Below are positions 11,809 to 24,048 of a DNA stretch of 64,000 nucleotides, piece after piece; the first letter of the stretch is position 1, and every line of letters starts with the position of its first letter. Source of the stretch: Amoebophrya sp. A120 (lineage: Eukaryota; Protista; Dinoflagellata). The stretch covers positions 8,893,318 through 8,957,317 of the forward strand of contig CAJINV010000005.1 of assembly GCA_905178155.1 (NCBI GenBank), given 5' to 3'. The notes below the pieces were generated by a model. The model worked only from the letters and a program-made list of their open reading frames with translations, was not told the origin of the DNA and did no database searches. Position numbers and translations under genes: made by a program.

Positions 11809-12519
11809 TTTTCCGTGAATGGGGCAACACGGCTCCACACGCTCACGCTCGTGCTCGTCCTCTAGGATGAAAGAACTAAAAACTTGCTATTTATTCCCCC
11901 TTCCAACGCACAACAGCTTTTTGGTGCAACACAATGGGAGCTGAATCCGTGTGCACAGTCAGGGTCGTGATCGTGTTGCTGTTGCCAACTCATACTTATT
12001 AATTATGGGTGGTAGTAAAATACTGCAATGTCTGGAAATTATCTTTCGGAGGTAAGAAGGGGCCGCGTCGTATATTTTCATGGTAATTAAGGCGTCAACA
12101 TGTTTTTTTGGGGTGGGGCTAACCAAGAGTGTACTCAACAAAGCAAAGATGGCGACAGATAACGCAGACGCCACACAAATCTCTCCTCTTGCTTGCAATA
12201 AGGAAACTGTTTAATCCTTTTCATCTCCCCGCAAACACTAAAACAGAAAACGCTCATAAATGGCTCAAGCACTGACGTGTCAAAACAATAACAGTTAAGC
12301 CTCTCGCGCGTTTCCTGCCGTAAGTATCTATAGCACATGGATTCCCGCCCCTTGAGATATCATCTGTTGAACACTTGCATCTTCACCCGGAAAGGTTCTT
12401 TATCTTTTCCGCCCCCTTTTTGACCATATAAAAACAGCACAAGCTTCGAGGCGAGAAATTACTATGGTGTGGGCTGCTTAGTACAGAAGCGCGGGCGGGC
12501 GCCAGGAAGAAACCTTCAC

Positions 12520-13011
12520 CAAGGGCACAGCAGTGGGGCCTATCCCCCCCGTGCGAAACAGGCCGGCGCGGTGGCCTTCCGAAATATATCCCCGGGGGCT
12601 CCGGGATATATAAACCGCCACCACGGGCACAACAGTCGGGCCCCTCCCCGCGCGAAACAGGCTGGGGCGGTGGCTTTCGTAGGTTTATCCCGGGCCGCCC
12701 TGGGATAAACTTCCACCACGGGCACAGCTGTGGGCTTTATCCCCGCCCAAAACAGGCTGGGCGGATGACTGTCGTAAGCTTAGCCCGAGCCGTCCTGGGA
12801 TAAACCTCCACCACGGGCACAGGAGTGGGGTTTATCCCCGCGCGAAACAGGCTGGGGCGGTGGCTTTCGTAGGTTTATCCCCGGCCGCCCTGGGATAAAC
12901 TTCCACCACGGGCACGGCAGTGGGCTTTATCCCCGCCCCAAACAGGCTGGGAGGATGACTGTCGTAGGTTTATCCCGAGCCGTCCTGGGATAAACCTCCA
13001 CCACGGGCACA
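12520..13011. repeat. 95-bp tandem minisatellite with internal hairpin, running into a gap
   Basis: ccaccacgggcac recurs at 12618, 12713, 12808, 12903 and 12998; units contain gtttatccc..gggataaac. Confidence 0.9.
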
Positions 13012-13111
13012 NNNNNNNNNNNNNNNNNNNNNNNNNNNNNNNNNNNNNNNNNNNNNNNNNNNNNNNNNNNNNNNNNNNNNNNNNNNNNNNNNNNNNNNNN
13101 NNNNNNNNNNN
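13012..13111. other. Assembly gap (100 N)
   Basis: N run. Confidence 1.
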
Positions 13112-13123
13112 GGACATGGTCCG

Positions 13124-13163
13124 AATCACGCACCTAGAAATCACGCACCTAGAATCACGCACC
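13124..13163. repeat. 14-bp tandem repeat x3
   Basis: aatcacgcacctag repeated. Confidence 0.8.
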
Positions 13164-15075
13164 CATCGCACGCACCCAAAAGGTGCGTGCTGTGGGTGCG
13201 CGCGCGCCAGGTGCGCCGAGGTGAGGCCAGGCGCGCTGCCCGGTGCGGTGCGTCGAGGTGTGGCGCGCGCGGACGACGCCGGGCGGGATTTCCAGCTTGC
13301 TAGGCCAGAGCAGACAGGCTAGGCCGCACGGCAGCGCGCCCGCGCGAGTGCGCTCGCCCCGCGCCCTTGAGGAACTTGACAGGGCCTCGGCCGGGCACGG
13401 CCTCGAGCGACCGGCGGGCCCCCCCTGGAGGAACTTGACGGGCGGAGGCTTCCGCGCGCTACCTTGCTGGCTCGAGCCCCGCCGGGCCCGGCCCATCGCC
13501 CCGGCAATCGCCTCCCGCGCGGCTGGGCTCCGCCAGCCCCGAGGGGCCGGCCGAGAAGCGGGCGGAGTCCCGCCCCCCCCAACGTCGAGTGAGGCGGGCG
13601 CCACAGCCCACCGCCGCCCGCAAGCCCGGGCCGCGGGCTGATGGTCGCGCGTCGGTTCGTCGCGGGCCGGGCAGCATGCGGGCCCGGGAGCGAGTTGGCA
13701 GGCTGGCTGGCTCCCGAGGCGAGAGCGGGCGCGCTCGCAGGCAGAGAGAAGGCAGCGGCGCGGGGACGGGCGCGGCGCCCGGCAATCGCATCGCCAGGGC
13801 CCGCCCGCGTATGCTTTCCCGGCCGCGCCGACCCTTGCAGGGCAGCAGCGTGCGCCCCGAAGGCCCCCCGACATAGGCTCGCGCTCCTGGCCGGGCAGGC
13901 GCCACCTGCCGGCCACTTACACACGCCGGGGCGCGCAGACCCATGGCGCCACGTGCTCACGCGCTTCTTATTTTCATGCCCCCCCGCGCTGGCCCGCCAG
14001 TCTAGGCGCGGGGTTACGCGCCACGGAAAGCAGTGGCGACCCCTTGCTGCATCTACGAAAAGCGACTCCCGGTCGGCGCTCCACCACCTACAAAAAAACA
14101 CCTATGACCACGAAACAGCGCCCCAAAAAACAGATATCAACATACAGAACTGCGCGCCGCCCGAACCAACGACGACGACCTAAGGCGGAAAACGAAACGC
14201 CATGCAAATCAAATCCATCTCCATGCCAAGTCTGTGTCTCTCACCTTGTTTTATCTGCCGCACGCAGCAGATGCTAAAAGTGCAGCAGTTTGCATTGCGT
14301 TTACATTTTGTCAGAGCGAATTCTGACACGAGCGAATTCTGACACTAGATCGCTCGAACTAAGAAAGAGAAAAAGGGAAGAAACCAACGACCCGATGTAT
14401 CCACAGGTAAAAATCTAGGAGCACAACCAAAGATAGCACTGCCAGTCAGCCAGATAGTATTTTGTAGCAAGCGTTAGCTACTTTCGCGTTCTTTTTTTGA
14501 TAGCTAGAAAACAAAAAATCTCCTACCAAGGCATAGTGGATAGTTTATTCCTTCTTTTCCAAATTCGTTCGGATGCCACTTTGCGTTCTTTGAGAAACAA
14601 AAGTTTAGATGTCATCTTGCTTGCATGATTTGAAAACCGAAAATTACAACTTGCGTCTATGAATGCGCAGGAGGCCGTTTGTGTACAGATATAAATATGA
14701 ATCTACGTCGCACGTACTTCCAGAAGTTTTTCCTCGTAAGCATCGCTCTTCTGCGTGCCTGGCTATGTGTCTCGTCTTTCCTTTCATTCTGAGCATCGAC
14801 ATGAATTCCGACGATGCTTCATTCATTCATAACTTATCTTTTTTACGGATGTAGATAGAGATACTCACTCACTCACTGATGTGTATCCGGGAGAATGAAG
14901 CGTGACCCTTATAAATATATTGCGAACAAATGCGACCCCTCGTTGGTGTGTGTGCACTTCCTTCACCTTCGTGTTCGTTGGTGCGGCGAGCAGGAACCTG
15001 TTGTAAGTTCAGTAGTTAAGAGTAATTATAATTTGCAATAGTGTCCCTCGGAAGATCTACGACTTGAAAAAGTGT

Positions 15076-15978
15076 ACTGCTGTGACTGCTTGGAATTGCG
15101 ACTGCTCTACGGCGTCGGCAGCCGCGGCGAGTGTGTCAGTCAGCGCGATTTACTCCTGCAAGTGTGACAAGCTCCTCTAGCATGCCCAGGACATGCCTGA
15201 AGTGCTCGGAACAAGCGCAATCAGTCCGCGCATCACTCGACTTTGAAACTCTCACACACCAACATGACGCGCATGCATTATGGGCCTGGCATCATGAAGA
15301 TGAAAAGGCACGCGGCGATTTTATTTTTCCTGTCATTTACATTCAGCCGCAGCAAAATAAATATCAAAGGCAACAAAATACCCATACCGCAGGTGCCTCG
15401 ACGTCTGGTGGTCGATCATAATGTTGATGTAAAAACCGATATTGTAATCCTTGAAGGTCGGGTGGGGCTGCTTGAAATCTATGTCGTTGATATACCTGTA
15501 ACATTGCAGAGCTTCGTATGTTCAAACTTTCCTACTGTGACTGCTTGATGGAATTGCGACTGCTCTACGGCGTCGGCAGCCGCGGCGAGTGTGTCAGTCA
15601 GCGCGATTTACTACTGCAAGTGTGCCAAGCTCCTCTAGCATGCCCAGGGCATGCCTGAAGTGCCCGGAACAAGAGCAATCAACTCGCGCATCACTCGAGT
15701 TTGAACTTTTCACACATCAAGGCGACGTAACGAAGATGAAAGATGCGCGCCGCTTTTATTTTTTTTTTTCCTGTCATAGTCATTTACATTCAGCTGTAGA
15801 ACAATAAATATTAAAGCGGCCAGCAAAATGCCCATACCGCAGCTGCTTCTTCTGGTGGTCGATCATAATGCTCCTGACACACAACCGTATATCGTAGTCC
15901 TTGAAGTTCGGGCGGGGCTACTTGAAATCTATGTTGTTGATATACCTGCAACGTTGCAGAGTTTCGTATTTTCAAGTT
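15076..15978. repeat. ~458-bp diverged tandem duplication
   Basis: gaattgcgactgctctacggcgtcggcagccgcggcgagtgtgtcagtcagcgcgattta occurs twice, 458 bp apart. Confidence 0.9.
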
Positions 15979-16564
15979 TGCATTTATGAAAAAACACAGG
16001 CTCAATACGAGGTCACTGCTTTGTGATGCATGCAAAACGCGATCTGGTCAAAATTGATGAACAACGTGCCGCGTCAAATTGCGAAGTGATGAACTCCAAG
16101 ACACGTGCAATCTGGTCAAATTGCGCACTCAAAGAAACCAGTACCATCAGACGCCACATCATTGGTTTTAACGAACGGAGCAGCGAGAATCTGGGAAGGG
16201 GGCGTTCATATCAGGCACATGTATTTCTGGATCTGGGAGGTAGAAGCGAAGTCGTGCTATAATCTGTGTTGCGTGAACCATTATTCGTGCTTGCTGAAGC
16301 GCGTGTTCCATACCTGATTGAGTTTGACAGAACCACGCAACTATCTGCACCGTGTATTTTCAAAATCGTCGCGCGCGGTGCCTAGCTCGACTAATGTACT
16401 AGGGGGGATCATCACACGGCGGAGTGGGTATGGGCGCCGCAAGTGCTTCGCGGCTTCCCAAGCTCTAACGCTTTCTCTTGGGGTTGTTAGGAGTCCCCCC
16501 GACGAGGTAGGGTGTGCGGCAGCTTGCGCCGCGACAAAGCAGGATGTCCTGCTCAGCCCTGCAC

Positions 16565-16780
16565 TCCGGTTCGGGGGTCGCTTCGCCCGGGGCAAGCGAC
16601 CCTCTCCCCGGGCTCGGACCGGGTTTGAGGGTCGGTTGGCCCGGGGCCAGCGACCCTCCTGCCGAGTCCGGACCGGGTTCGAGGGTCGGTTGGCCCGGGA
16701 CAAGGGACCCTCTCCCCGGGTCCGGACCGGGCTCGAGGGTAGATTGGCCCCGAACCGGAGCCCTCTCGCCGGGTCCTAGC
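16565..16780. repeat. GC-rich ~51-bp tandem repeat (related copies at ~17520-17665)
   Basis: ccggaccgggttcgagggtcggttggcccggg..cgaccctc units with gagggtc/gaccctc palindrome. Confidence 0.8.
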
Positions 16781-17829
16781 ATTTTGGATTCAACCCGAGC
16801 GAAACCCATGGGGATTCAGTCCGAGCGCTCATTTCTAGACCGGGCGACATGGTGGTTTTCCTTGCGCGCAAGCAAGGGACGCCTTGGCATTGCCCTTAAG
16901 ACAGAGGCGTCGCGCCGCGTTCGTACCTAGACACGATGGCGCGCGCCATTTTTCTGGATCTTTGCTGGCAGTTAGTTCTGTTTGGGCGGTCGCCGTCTCG
17001 CGACGCTACTACGCCGCGGGGCTAGAACTAAGACAGTGACCAGCTGTGACAGGGAGCAGCATTTTTCTGGCTCTTTGGAGCCCTCCTATTTTTCTGTTCG
17101 TTCCGAGAGCCTGAAAGAGAGTTTGTGGCGGTCCCTCGACACTGCGATGTCGAGGGCCCGTCACGTGCGAGCACATCTCGTAACCGCGGCGCCGATCCCG
17201 GGGTGAGGTCCGGGCTATGACCCTCGCCGGACGGGGCGCGGCGCCGCAGCAAAAGAGGATGCTGGTGCCGGCCGGACAACTCCCTCCCCACCGAACTCGG
17301 CCCGCGTACCACCCACGCGGGAACGCCGCACCACGAGGCGCCGCCGCTCTCGTCGGGCCAGCCACATTCATCATCGCCGAGTAGTAGTAACTAAGACATC
17401 CGCCTCCGCAGCCTCGTCGCAGTCACGGCGTGCGCCCGTCACGCCATGACCTTCGCGACCCCACCGCCGGCTACTAGCGGCCAGCTACCTCCCGCTAATC
17501 CTCCACTGACCCGGTAGGAGCGAGGGTCGCTTGCCTCGAACGCGGTCCGGGCCCGGCAGGAGGGTCGCTTGCCCCGGGCCAGCCGGCCCTTGAAATGAAC
17601 CCGGTCCAGGACCGGCGGAGAGGGTCGTTTGCCCCGGGCGAAGCGACTCGGTCCGGACCCGGCATGAGGTTAAGACTTCAAAGCCTCAGGCTAAGGCTTC
17701 AAAGCCTTAAATTGCTACTCTCTTTCGACGCGACCGCCATTCCCCCTCAGCATAATGTGGCCAGTGCGTGCAAATAAGATCATTAATAGGGAGAAGATAA
17801 GCCTGTACCTGTGCTGGCGCCTGCATACT

Positions 17830-20800
17830 CTACGGGCCCGGCTTTTTCTGCTTCGCGGGTTTCTGTCCGGCCTTCCGGCTCGGCCTGGATATGACCGGCA
17901 GGTGTTGTTTGCGATTTTTGTTCGTCAGCAAATCTTTCTTCCCCATTGTCTTCATCATCTTTACAAGCAGACCGACGGAAACGTAGTGCGCGAGCGCCGC
18001 CCGAACCACAGACGCGGAGAAGCGCCGGTATTGTCGATAACCTTTCGCGTTTTCGTAACTTGCCCGCGCCGTCGGCTTGATGCCAAGCCCTTTGCCATCC
18101 GTTAGAAACGCGGCCAGCTTGACTTCCCCAAGTTTCCCAAACGGAAGGGATTCGCAGAGGTTCCCGATTTCCGCGGCCTGGCATCTGGTTTCACTGGGAT
18201 TGCTGTCCTCGAGCGCCTTCCCAAAAGTCGTTTTGCCCTTGTCCGTGTTGTAGATCATCTTCATCCGGTCAAAACATATGCTGAGATGGTCGGCCATCCG
18301 GTGGGCGTTCAAGTTCTTCTCCAAGTCGCCCTATCAAATCCAAATGTTTCTGGGTCTGGAAGAATGCAAGCTGTGACACTACCTTTGGACGCTAAAACAG
18401 CCTGCGTCTTTGCATGAGCAGCAAGAGGGATCCACTGGAAAACCCGCCTCTCTACATCAACATAGCAAAGGCTGGGCTCTAGTCCTTTCTACATAGAAAG
18501 AACATTTCTCGTGCGGGATAGGCAGCATCAGCACACCCTAAAAAAATCTGTCACGGAAGCATACAAACATCACGTCTTTGAGCTTTGTCATGCACAACGT
18601 GCATGACAAAGCTTTCAGACTTAAAGACCCATACACATTTGCATCGCATATGCCTTTGGCGCGCCACTCCTGGCGTTTTTCGTCTATCAGGGTCCAGACA
18701 TACTTAACACCGTGCTTAGAGTATTTTTGGTCTGTGGCGGAAAGAACGACGCACGTCTCCGGCAGCATGCTGTGGGAAAGATGTTTCAAAACCTCGAGGA
18801 ACGCCTTCGCCTTCAATATGGAAGTGTCAGGGTCGAAATTTACAAAATCGAAAAATTTGCCATGCATAAAATGCATGACGCGAATTCTGTGCGCTGCAGA
18901 GCAGGCGAGTGAGGCCGATTTTAGGCCTCTTTGGGGTTATAGCTCGAGCTGCTAAAGCAGCATGAGGCAGTCAGTCTTCTTTGCCTAAAAACAGCAGCGC
19001 AAACTACTGGATTTAGGCACCGCCAGAATTTGTGACGCGCCATGTAGAGACTGGGCGCGAAGTCAACTGGAATCCATTTGATGCATGGCAAATCAGTTCG
19101 ATTTTGTCAATTTCGATTCTGACACTTCCATATTCCAGTCGGTCTTCGTATTGTCGCCCGAACTTGCGTATCAAATGCAAACGTGTCTGGGTCTGGGAAT
19201 TTGTGTTGCTGATGCCAGTACTATAGGGCGGCCGCTTGTACGGCATAACAGCATATATCTCAAGAAGACTTCTTGAAAGAAATCCGCATGACAGATTCCA
19301 TTTCTAACGCTGAAGTCCTAAGGCTTTGTTTGGAGGCAGGTCCGCAAATGGAATTCCTCAGCATTAGAAAGGCAATCTGTAATGTGGATTTGCCTCGAGA
19401 ATAGGAACTCTGCTTGAGGCAGATCCGCATTACAGATTCTATTTCTACTGTTGAAGTCCTAAGCTTTTTTCTTGAGGCTAGTCCGCAAATGGAATTCCTC
19501 AGCATTGCAAATGAAATCTGTAATGCGGATTTGCCTCAAGAAGTCTTCTTGAGACAAATCCCTCAAGAAGTCTTTCTGTTCTTAAGATTTTGCGCCACAG
19601 ATCCAGACCCAGACATCTCGACAATGCATAGCACCCCCTTAGTAAACAACCCCTGCAGCGCTGCGACCAGAATTTGCGCAGTTGCGTCCGTGAGCTTGAG
19701 GTCCTTCGCCTTTTCGACATCCCATGGCTGGGCCCGTATCACTTTCGGGTCGGGAATCACCTTCTCCTGGTCATACACCGTCTCGCCCATCGTGACTCGC
19801 TTGCTGTCCGGCTTCAATTCCTTGGTGCCAAGGATTACAAGCCGCGGGGCGCCGTCGTCCCTCTTCGCTCTCGTCGCCGCGGGCTCCTTTTTTTGCTCGC
19901 GGGACACGCTCCCGGCGGTTGGGTTTAGTACCGCGTACGAGTGTTCACAGATACCGATGAGTTGCTGTCGCGGGTTCGACGATATGACGATGGGTTTCTC
20001 GTCCTCCAACAATCCGGGTATCAAAATGAAAAACCCCCCTACCCATATTGAAGCGTAGACTTCTGCTGCTGAATTTGTGTACACACCTGCCTTGCAACGA
20101 GGCACTGCAGGCAAAGCCTCAGGCTGCGACGGGTTGTTTCTGTGCAGGCGCTCATCATAGCAGAGACCTTCAATGTAGGCATAACAGCATACACAAATCG
20201 CCGGCATAGAGCGCCGGACTCTTTGCATTTGCCCCCTTGCAAGAACGACAGGGCTTGTGGTCACAAATCAGCATTACAAATTTTTAGCAGGATGGCTGTT
20301 CAGCATGGGGAGGGGGGAGATTTCCCCACGATACCTGGCCGAACATGTACACAGACAAGCTGATGGAACATCTGATACCAAAAATCCACCGTGATGGCGT
20401 CTGCTGTGTCGGTGGTGTCTGTGTTCTTCAGGTCAAAATGCAGGCCCTTGTTGATCTGTTCCCAAGCGAATTGCCGCAGTTCCTCCCAGTTCTTGCATTT
20501 TCCTCGAGCCCCTCCAACAATTGCCTGGTGCAAAATCTTATGCATGACCGGATGCTTGTCCTTCATCCCCTCCTTCTCCCACTGGGTCGGGCAGTGAAAC
20601 CGGGGGAGCGTCACGAATTTCTGGTCGCCTAACTTGGTCTCACACACGTACTATCCTGAGCAAAAGCGCCTCCATCCGAGAGTCGAGGAGATGGAGATCT
20701 CGCAACACAGGTCGAGAAGTTTTGGGAGTGAAGCGTGACGAGTAGTCCGTCTCTGTACTTGTAGTACAATTTAGCGAGTACATATTACCGCACCAAACAT

Positions 20801-21238
20801 TCATCCTCTCATCCACATCCTGTTTGTCGCATTACAAAGTCCACGACACGACTGGAACTGCCGCAACACGTGGAAACTCGCACTATAATGCGTTTATTTT
20901 GCAACAATAGCTGCTGCTGCACTACTGAACGACAGCCCTGGGGAGGGGGCGCCTTTCCTCAACGTAAGTACTTCTTCTCATCCTGCTGCTCCGCCCATAA
21001 GGATAACCACTGCCGAACCTGGGTCACGTTTGGGTGCTTCGCCTGCGAACCGGCCGGAGCGGTGTCGGTTTTGTTCCAATGGCGGTTAGTCGGGCGCATC
21101 TCACCAGCGATGAACTTGCCCTTGGGGTGCGGGATGTCGCAGAGGAACTTGTCGATGTTGATCTGGAACAGGTGTGGCTTGTCGGGGTGCTGCGTCATCA
21201 GGCCCATCGCCTTATCCCTTGCTAATGTGCCGAGGGGG
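17830..21238 (-). CDS. Hypothetical multi-exon protein with 5 introners (5' end unresolved)
   Basis: In-frame joins after element+DR removal: DEKKY-VCETKL, VRPG-LLEDEK, FTKG-..SGDNTKTD, DW-KAKAFLEV, RAKG-DLEKNL. Stop at 17830. Confidence 0.65.
18332..18650. mobile_element. Introner family A
   Basis: Degenerate A TIRs; DR CGCCC/TGCCT; removal restores frame. Confidence 0.8.
18817..19132. mobile_element. Introner, singleton family with ~36-bp TIR
   Basis: tatggaagtgtcagggtcgaaatttacaaaatcgaa ... ttcgattttgtcaatttcgattctgacacttccata; DR TTCAA/TTCCA. Confidence 0.88.
19169..19630. mobile_element. Introner family A, enlarged by an internal tandem duplication
   Basis: A TIRs; interior has two ~141-bp repeats; DR decayed but removal of 5 flanking nt restores frame. 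Confidence 0.75.
20019..20333. mobile_element. Introner family C
   Basis: C TIRs; DR CCGGG/CCTGG; in-frame join. Confidence 0.88.
20652..20966. mobile_element. Introner family B
   Basis: Degenerate B TIRs; DR CGTAC/AGTAC; in-frame join. Confidence 0.8.
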
Positions 21239-21599
21239 TAGGATAGGCCCAAACCCTGCCTGCGGGCCGCTGCTGGCGCAGCTTTTTGCATTTTTGCTGC
21301 AGTGAATGAAGCTGCCCCGCTTTGGGCCCATTTTTCCGCCCTCATGGAATTCTGGGCCGGGCGCGCAAGAATTCCACGCAAATTTTCCTGGTTCTGGCGC
21401 GAGCCCGGCGCCTACAAGAGCCAGGCACTGTTTTCCCAAAAGAGCCGCTGGCCCTCGCAGTACGCCTGGCTCTTTTGGTGGTCCGGATTTCGATACAGCT
21501 CCAAAAGTTTGGAGCTGTATCGAAGCCCGGACCAACACAAGACCCAGTAAATGTCATGCACATTTGTCATGACAAATCCGGAACCCCCACAAGCAGGCG

Positions 21600-22140
21600 C
21601 CCGGGCTCCTGCGGATTTGGGACGCGACTTGCATCCCAAATCCCGCCAAGAGCAGCGGGGGCCCGCACTCTCCTCCCGCGAGCTGCGGGGGGTGGACCTT
21701 TCGCAATTTCTCCCTGTGCGAAAGCCCGACAGCCCCACCTCCCGCGAGCGGGAACTGAAACTCTCGCCGGAAGCTATTCCCCTGGCGAACGTGCGAACAG
21801 CCCAGCTCCCTCGAGCGGGAGCTGGAACCTTCCCAGTTTTCCTCCATGCAAAAGCCCGGCAGCTCCACCTCCCGCGAGCGGGGGATGGGACTTTCGCAGT
21901 TTTCCCCGATGCGAAAACCCGAAGCCCCCACTTCCCGCGAGCGGGAACTGGAACTTTCGCAGCTTTTCCGCTTGCGAACATGCGAAAGGCCCAGCTCCCT
22001 CGAGCGGGCATTGGAAGGAGCTCTACTCACAGCTTTCCCCTATGCGAAAGCCCGAGAGCCTCACTCTCCTCCCACGAGCGAGAGCGGGGACGCTCGCAGC
22101 CTTTCCCCTTGCGAACGCGCGAACGCCCCAGCCCGCCCTT
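21600..22140. repeat. ~63-67-bp GC-rich tandem repeat
   Basis: cccgcgagcgggaactgg..ctttcgcag..tttccc..tgcgaaa units, ~7 copies. Confidence 0.85.
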
Positions 22141-23410
22141 GGTTCTTTCCAACCTGAACGCCGCAGCCGATTCACAACCAGCCCCCCACGTCTTGCAGCG
22201 CTTTTCATTTTCTTCAAAAGCGGGGCCCATTAATAAGCACAGTCGCGCGCGTCTTCACGCAAACGCCCACCCGCAGCAGCCGCAAGGCCTCGCCCCTGCT
22301 CAGCGCAGAACCAAAAACACCCCCGCCCGCTCGGCACAATTGCGGGAGATAATCCACAAGCGCCGCCCACTCCGCGCGCTCGAGTGCCAGGAGAGATTCC
22401 AGCAGAGTGGCGTACTTCAGGAACTCTTTCGAAGTCCCTTCGCACCACTTCTGCCAGAATCTCTCCGCGCACTGCGATTCCGTATGCTTAAAGAAAACGC
22501 CCAAAGGGCTAGCGTTAACATTTTCGCCACCTAAGAGAGGCCAACTAGGACAAGAGTCGATAGATATAGATAGATAGATTACCCAGCAAGGGGTTAAAAG
22601 GAGCAAAACTGTTGTCGAGACAATTTCACTCTTGGTTGTTTTTTATCTATAGTTTTCTTACTTACTACTCTACGCTGTTGCGGCCTCTTCCGTGAAGCTG
22701 TGAATTTGCAGAGGAGAAAACTCAGCAGCTGGTGGAAATGCTTTCGTTGCGTCTTAGTGGTGTTACGTGCCGGCGTTTGGTTGTCCAGGGAACCATCAAC
22801 CATAGAACTAAAGGCTTCTAAATCGCATACAGGTCGGGGGGCTAGTGATTATTTTCCGAAGGACCCAAGAGAAAAGAAGATCTTGTGCGCTTTTTTTTTT
22901 TCGTTGCGAAAGCGGTAGCAAATGCCTCTAAACCGTGTACAGCTCGGGGAGATAGTGATTATTCTTTTCATCGTAACGCTGCAGGATCTTTCTTCTTATT
23001 TTTGTGCTCTAAGTCCGCCGGTGTAAATCTGCGATTTTGTTCGAAAAGCCTATGTGAAAAACAGTAAATAGCCATTTTAGCTCGGCGGGTTTAGGACTTT
23101 ATTTTTTGCTCTAGTTTTTCAAACGCAGACATTTCCTAGTGCTTCCCGTTTACGCCTATAATCCCTCGACTCTTTGTTGTAAAGTTGTGCGAAAAGGTGG
23201 AAAAAACAAGAGAAAACAACACAAACCACCTTGATCGTGCAGAAAGATCGCCGGTTTTTAAGCGTAAACTGCGAGACGCGGCGCGAGGTGAAAATTGACA
23301 AGACGCATCTTCTACCTACTTCGAGAGCAAAATGGCTGGGCGTTTGAGAATCTCTATAGGCTGAGAACGTCTATAGCGTTTTTAGAAGTTCTATAATATT
23401 TTTTTTTTTT

Positions 23411-23510
23411 NNNNNNNNNNNNNNNNNNNNNNNNNNNNNNNNNNNNNNNNNNNNNNNNNNNNNNNNNNNNNNNNNNNNNNNNNNNNNNNNNNNNNNNNNN
23501 NNNNNNNNNN
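23411..23510. other. Assembly gap (100 N)
   Basis: N run flanked by poly-T and poly-A. Confidence 1.
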
Positions 23511-23514
23511 AAAA

Positions 23515-24048
23515 AAAAAAATGCTAACGCTAACACTTTCACTATTCAAATTCAAACTTTTGTCATGATTTTCGGCGTTTTTTTTCATTTTTCATGCCAA
23601 AAAATACATTATTGTAGCTGCTCGAAATAGAACCCACGGACAACTAGCTGGATTGATAAGCTATTGTTGGCAACTAGCTAGGCTAAGGTCTGCCGGCGCG
23701 GCGGACGTGAAGGTGCGAAGATCCGGGCTATGAAGGAGCAGCTCCGCGAAGATCCGGCTCTGGGCGTGCCCTCGGCCCCATCTGGGGCCGAGGGAGCGAC
23801 TAGGACATTCTGGCTTCGTGAAGGTCGGGTCGAGTATGCCACTTTTCGGACGGAAGCGCGACGGACTCCGAGACCTTAGCCTAGCTAGCTCAAAACATAA
23901 GCGACATCATTTAGCTAGTTGTCCGTGGGTTGATATGCATTGGATTACGCATTGAATACAATTCGAGCGCAAAAGTTGACTTTTTTTCGTCAAGAAATGA
24001 GCTGAGGTTTTAGATAGTGAAAGCGTTAGCGTTAGCATTTTTTGGATA
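23515..24048. mobile_element. TIR element (left end in gap) with a nested inverted repeat
   Basis: aaaaaatgctaacgctaacactttcactat vs atagtgaaagcgttagcgttagcattttttggata; inner IR ctagctaggctaaggtct/agaccttagcctagctag at ~23674-23888. Confidence 0.65.

Noticed and set aside
12520-13011. CRISPR-like palindromic repeat array
   Set aside because: Inter-repeat sequences are themselves repeated, so it is a minisatellite
13155-14183. Overlapping long ORFs on both strands
   Set aside because: Very GC-rich, stop-poor sequence with R/P/A/G-biased translations and no motif
21322-22534. 303-327 aa plus-strand ORFs
   Set aside because: Translations of a tandem repeat
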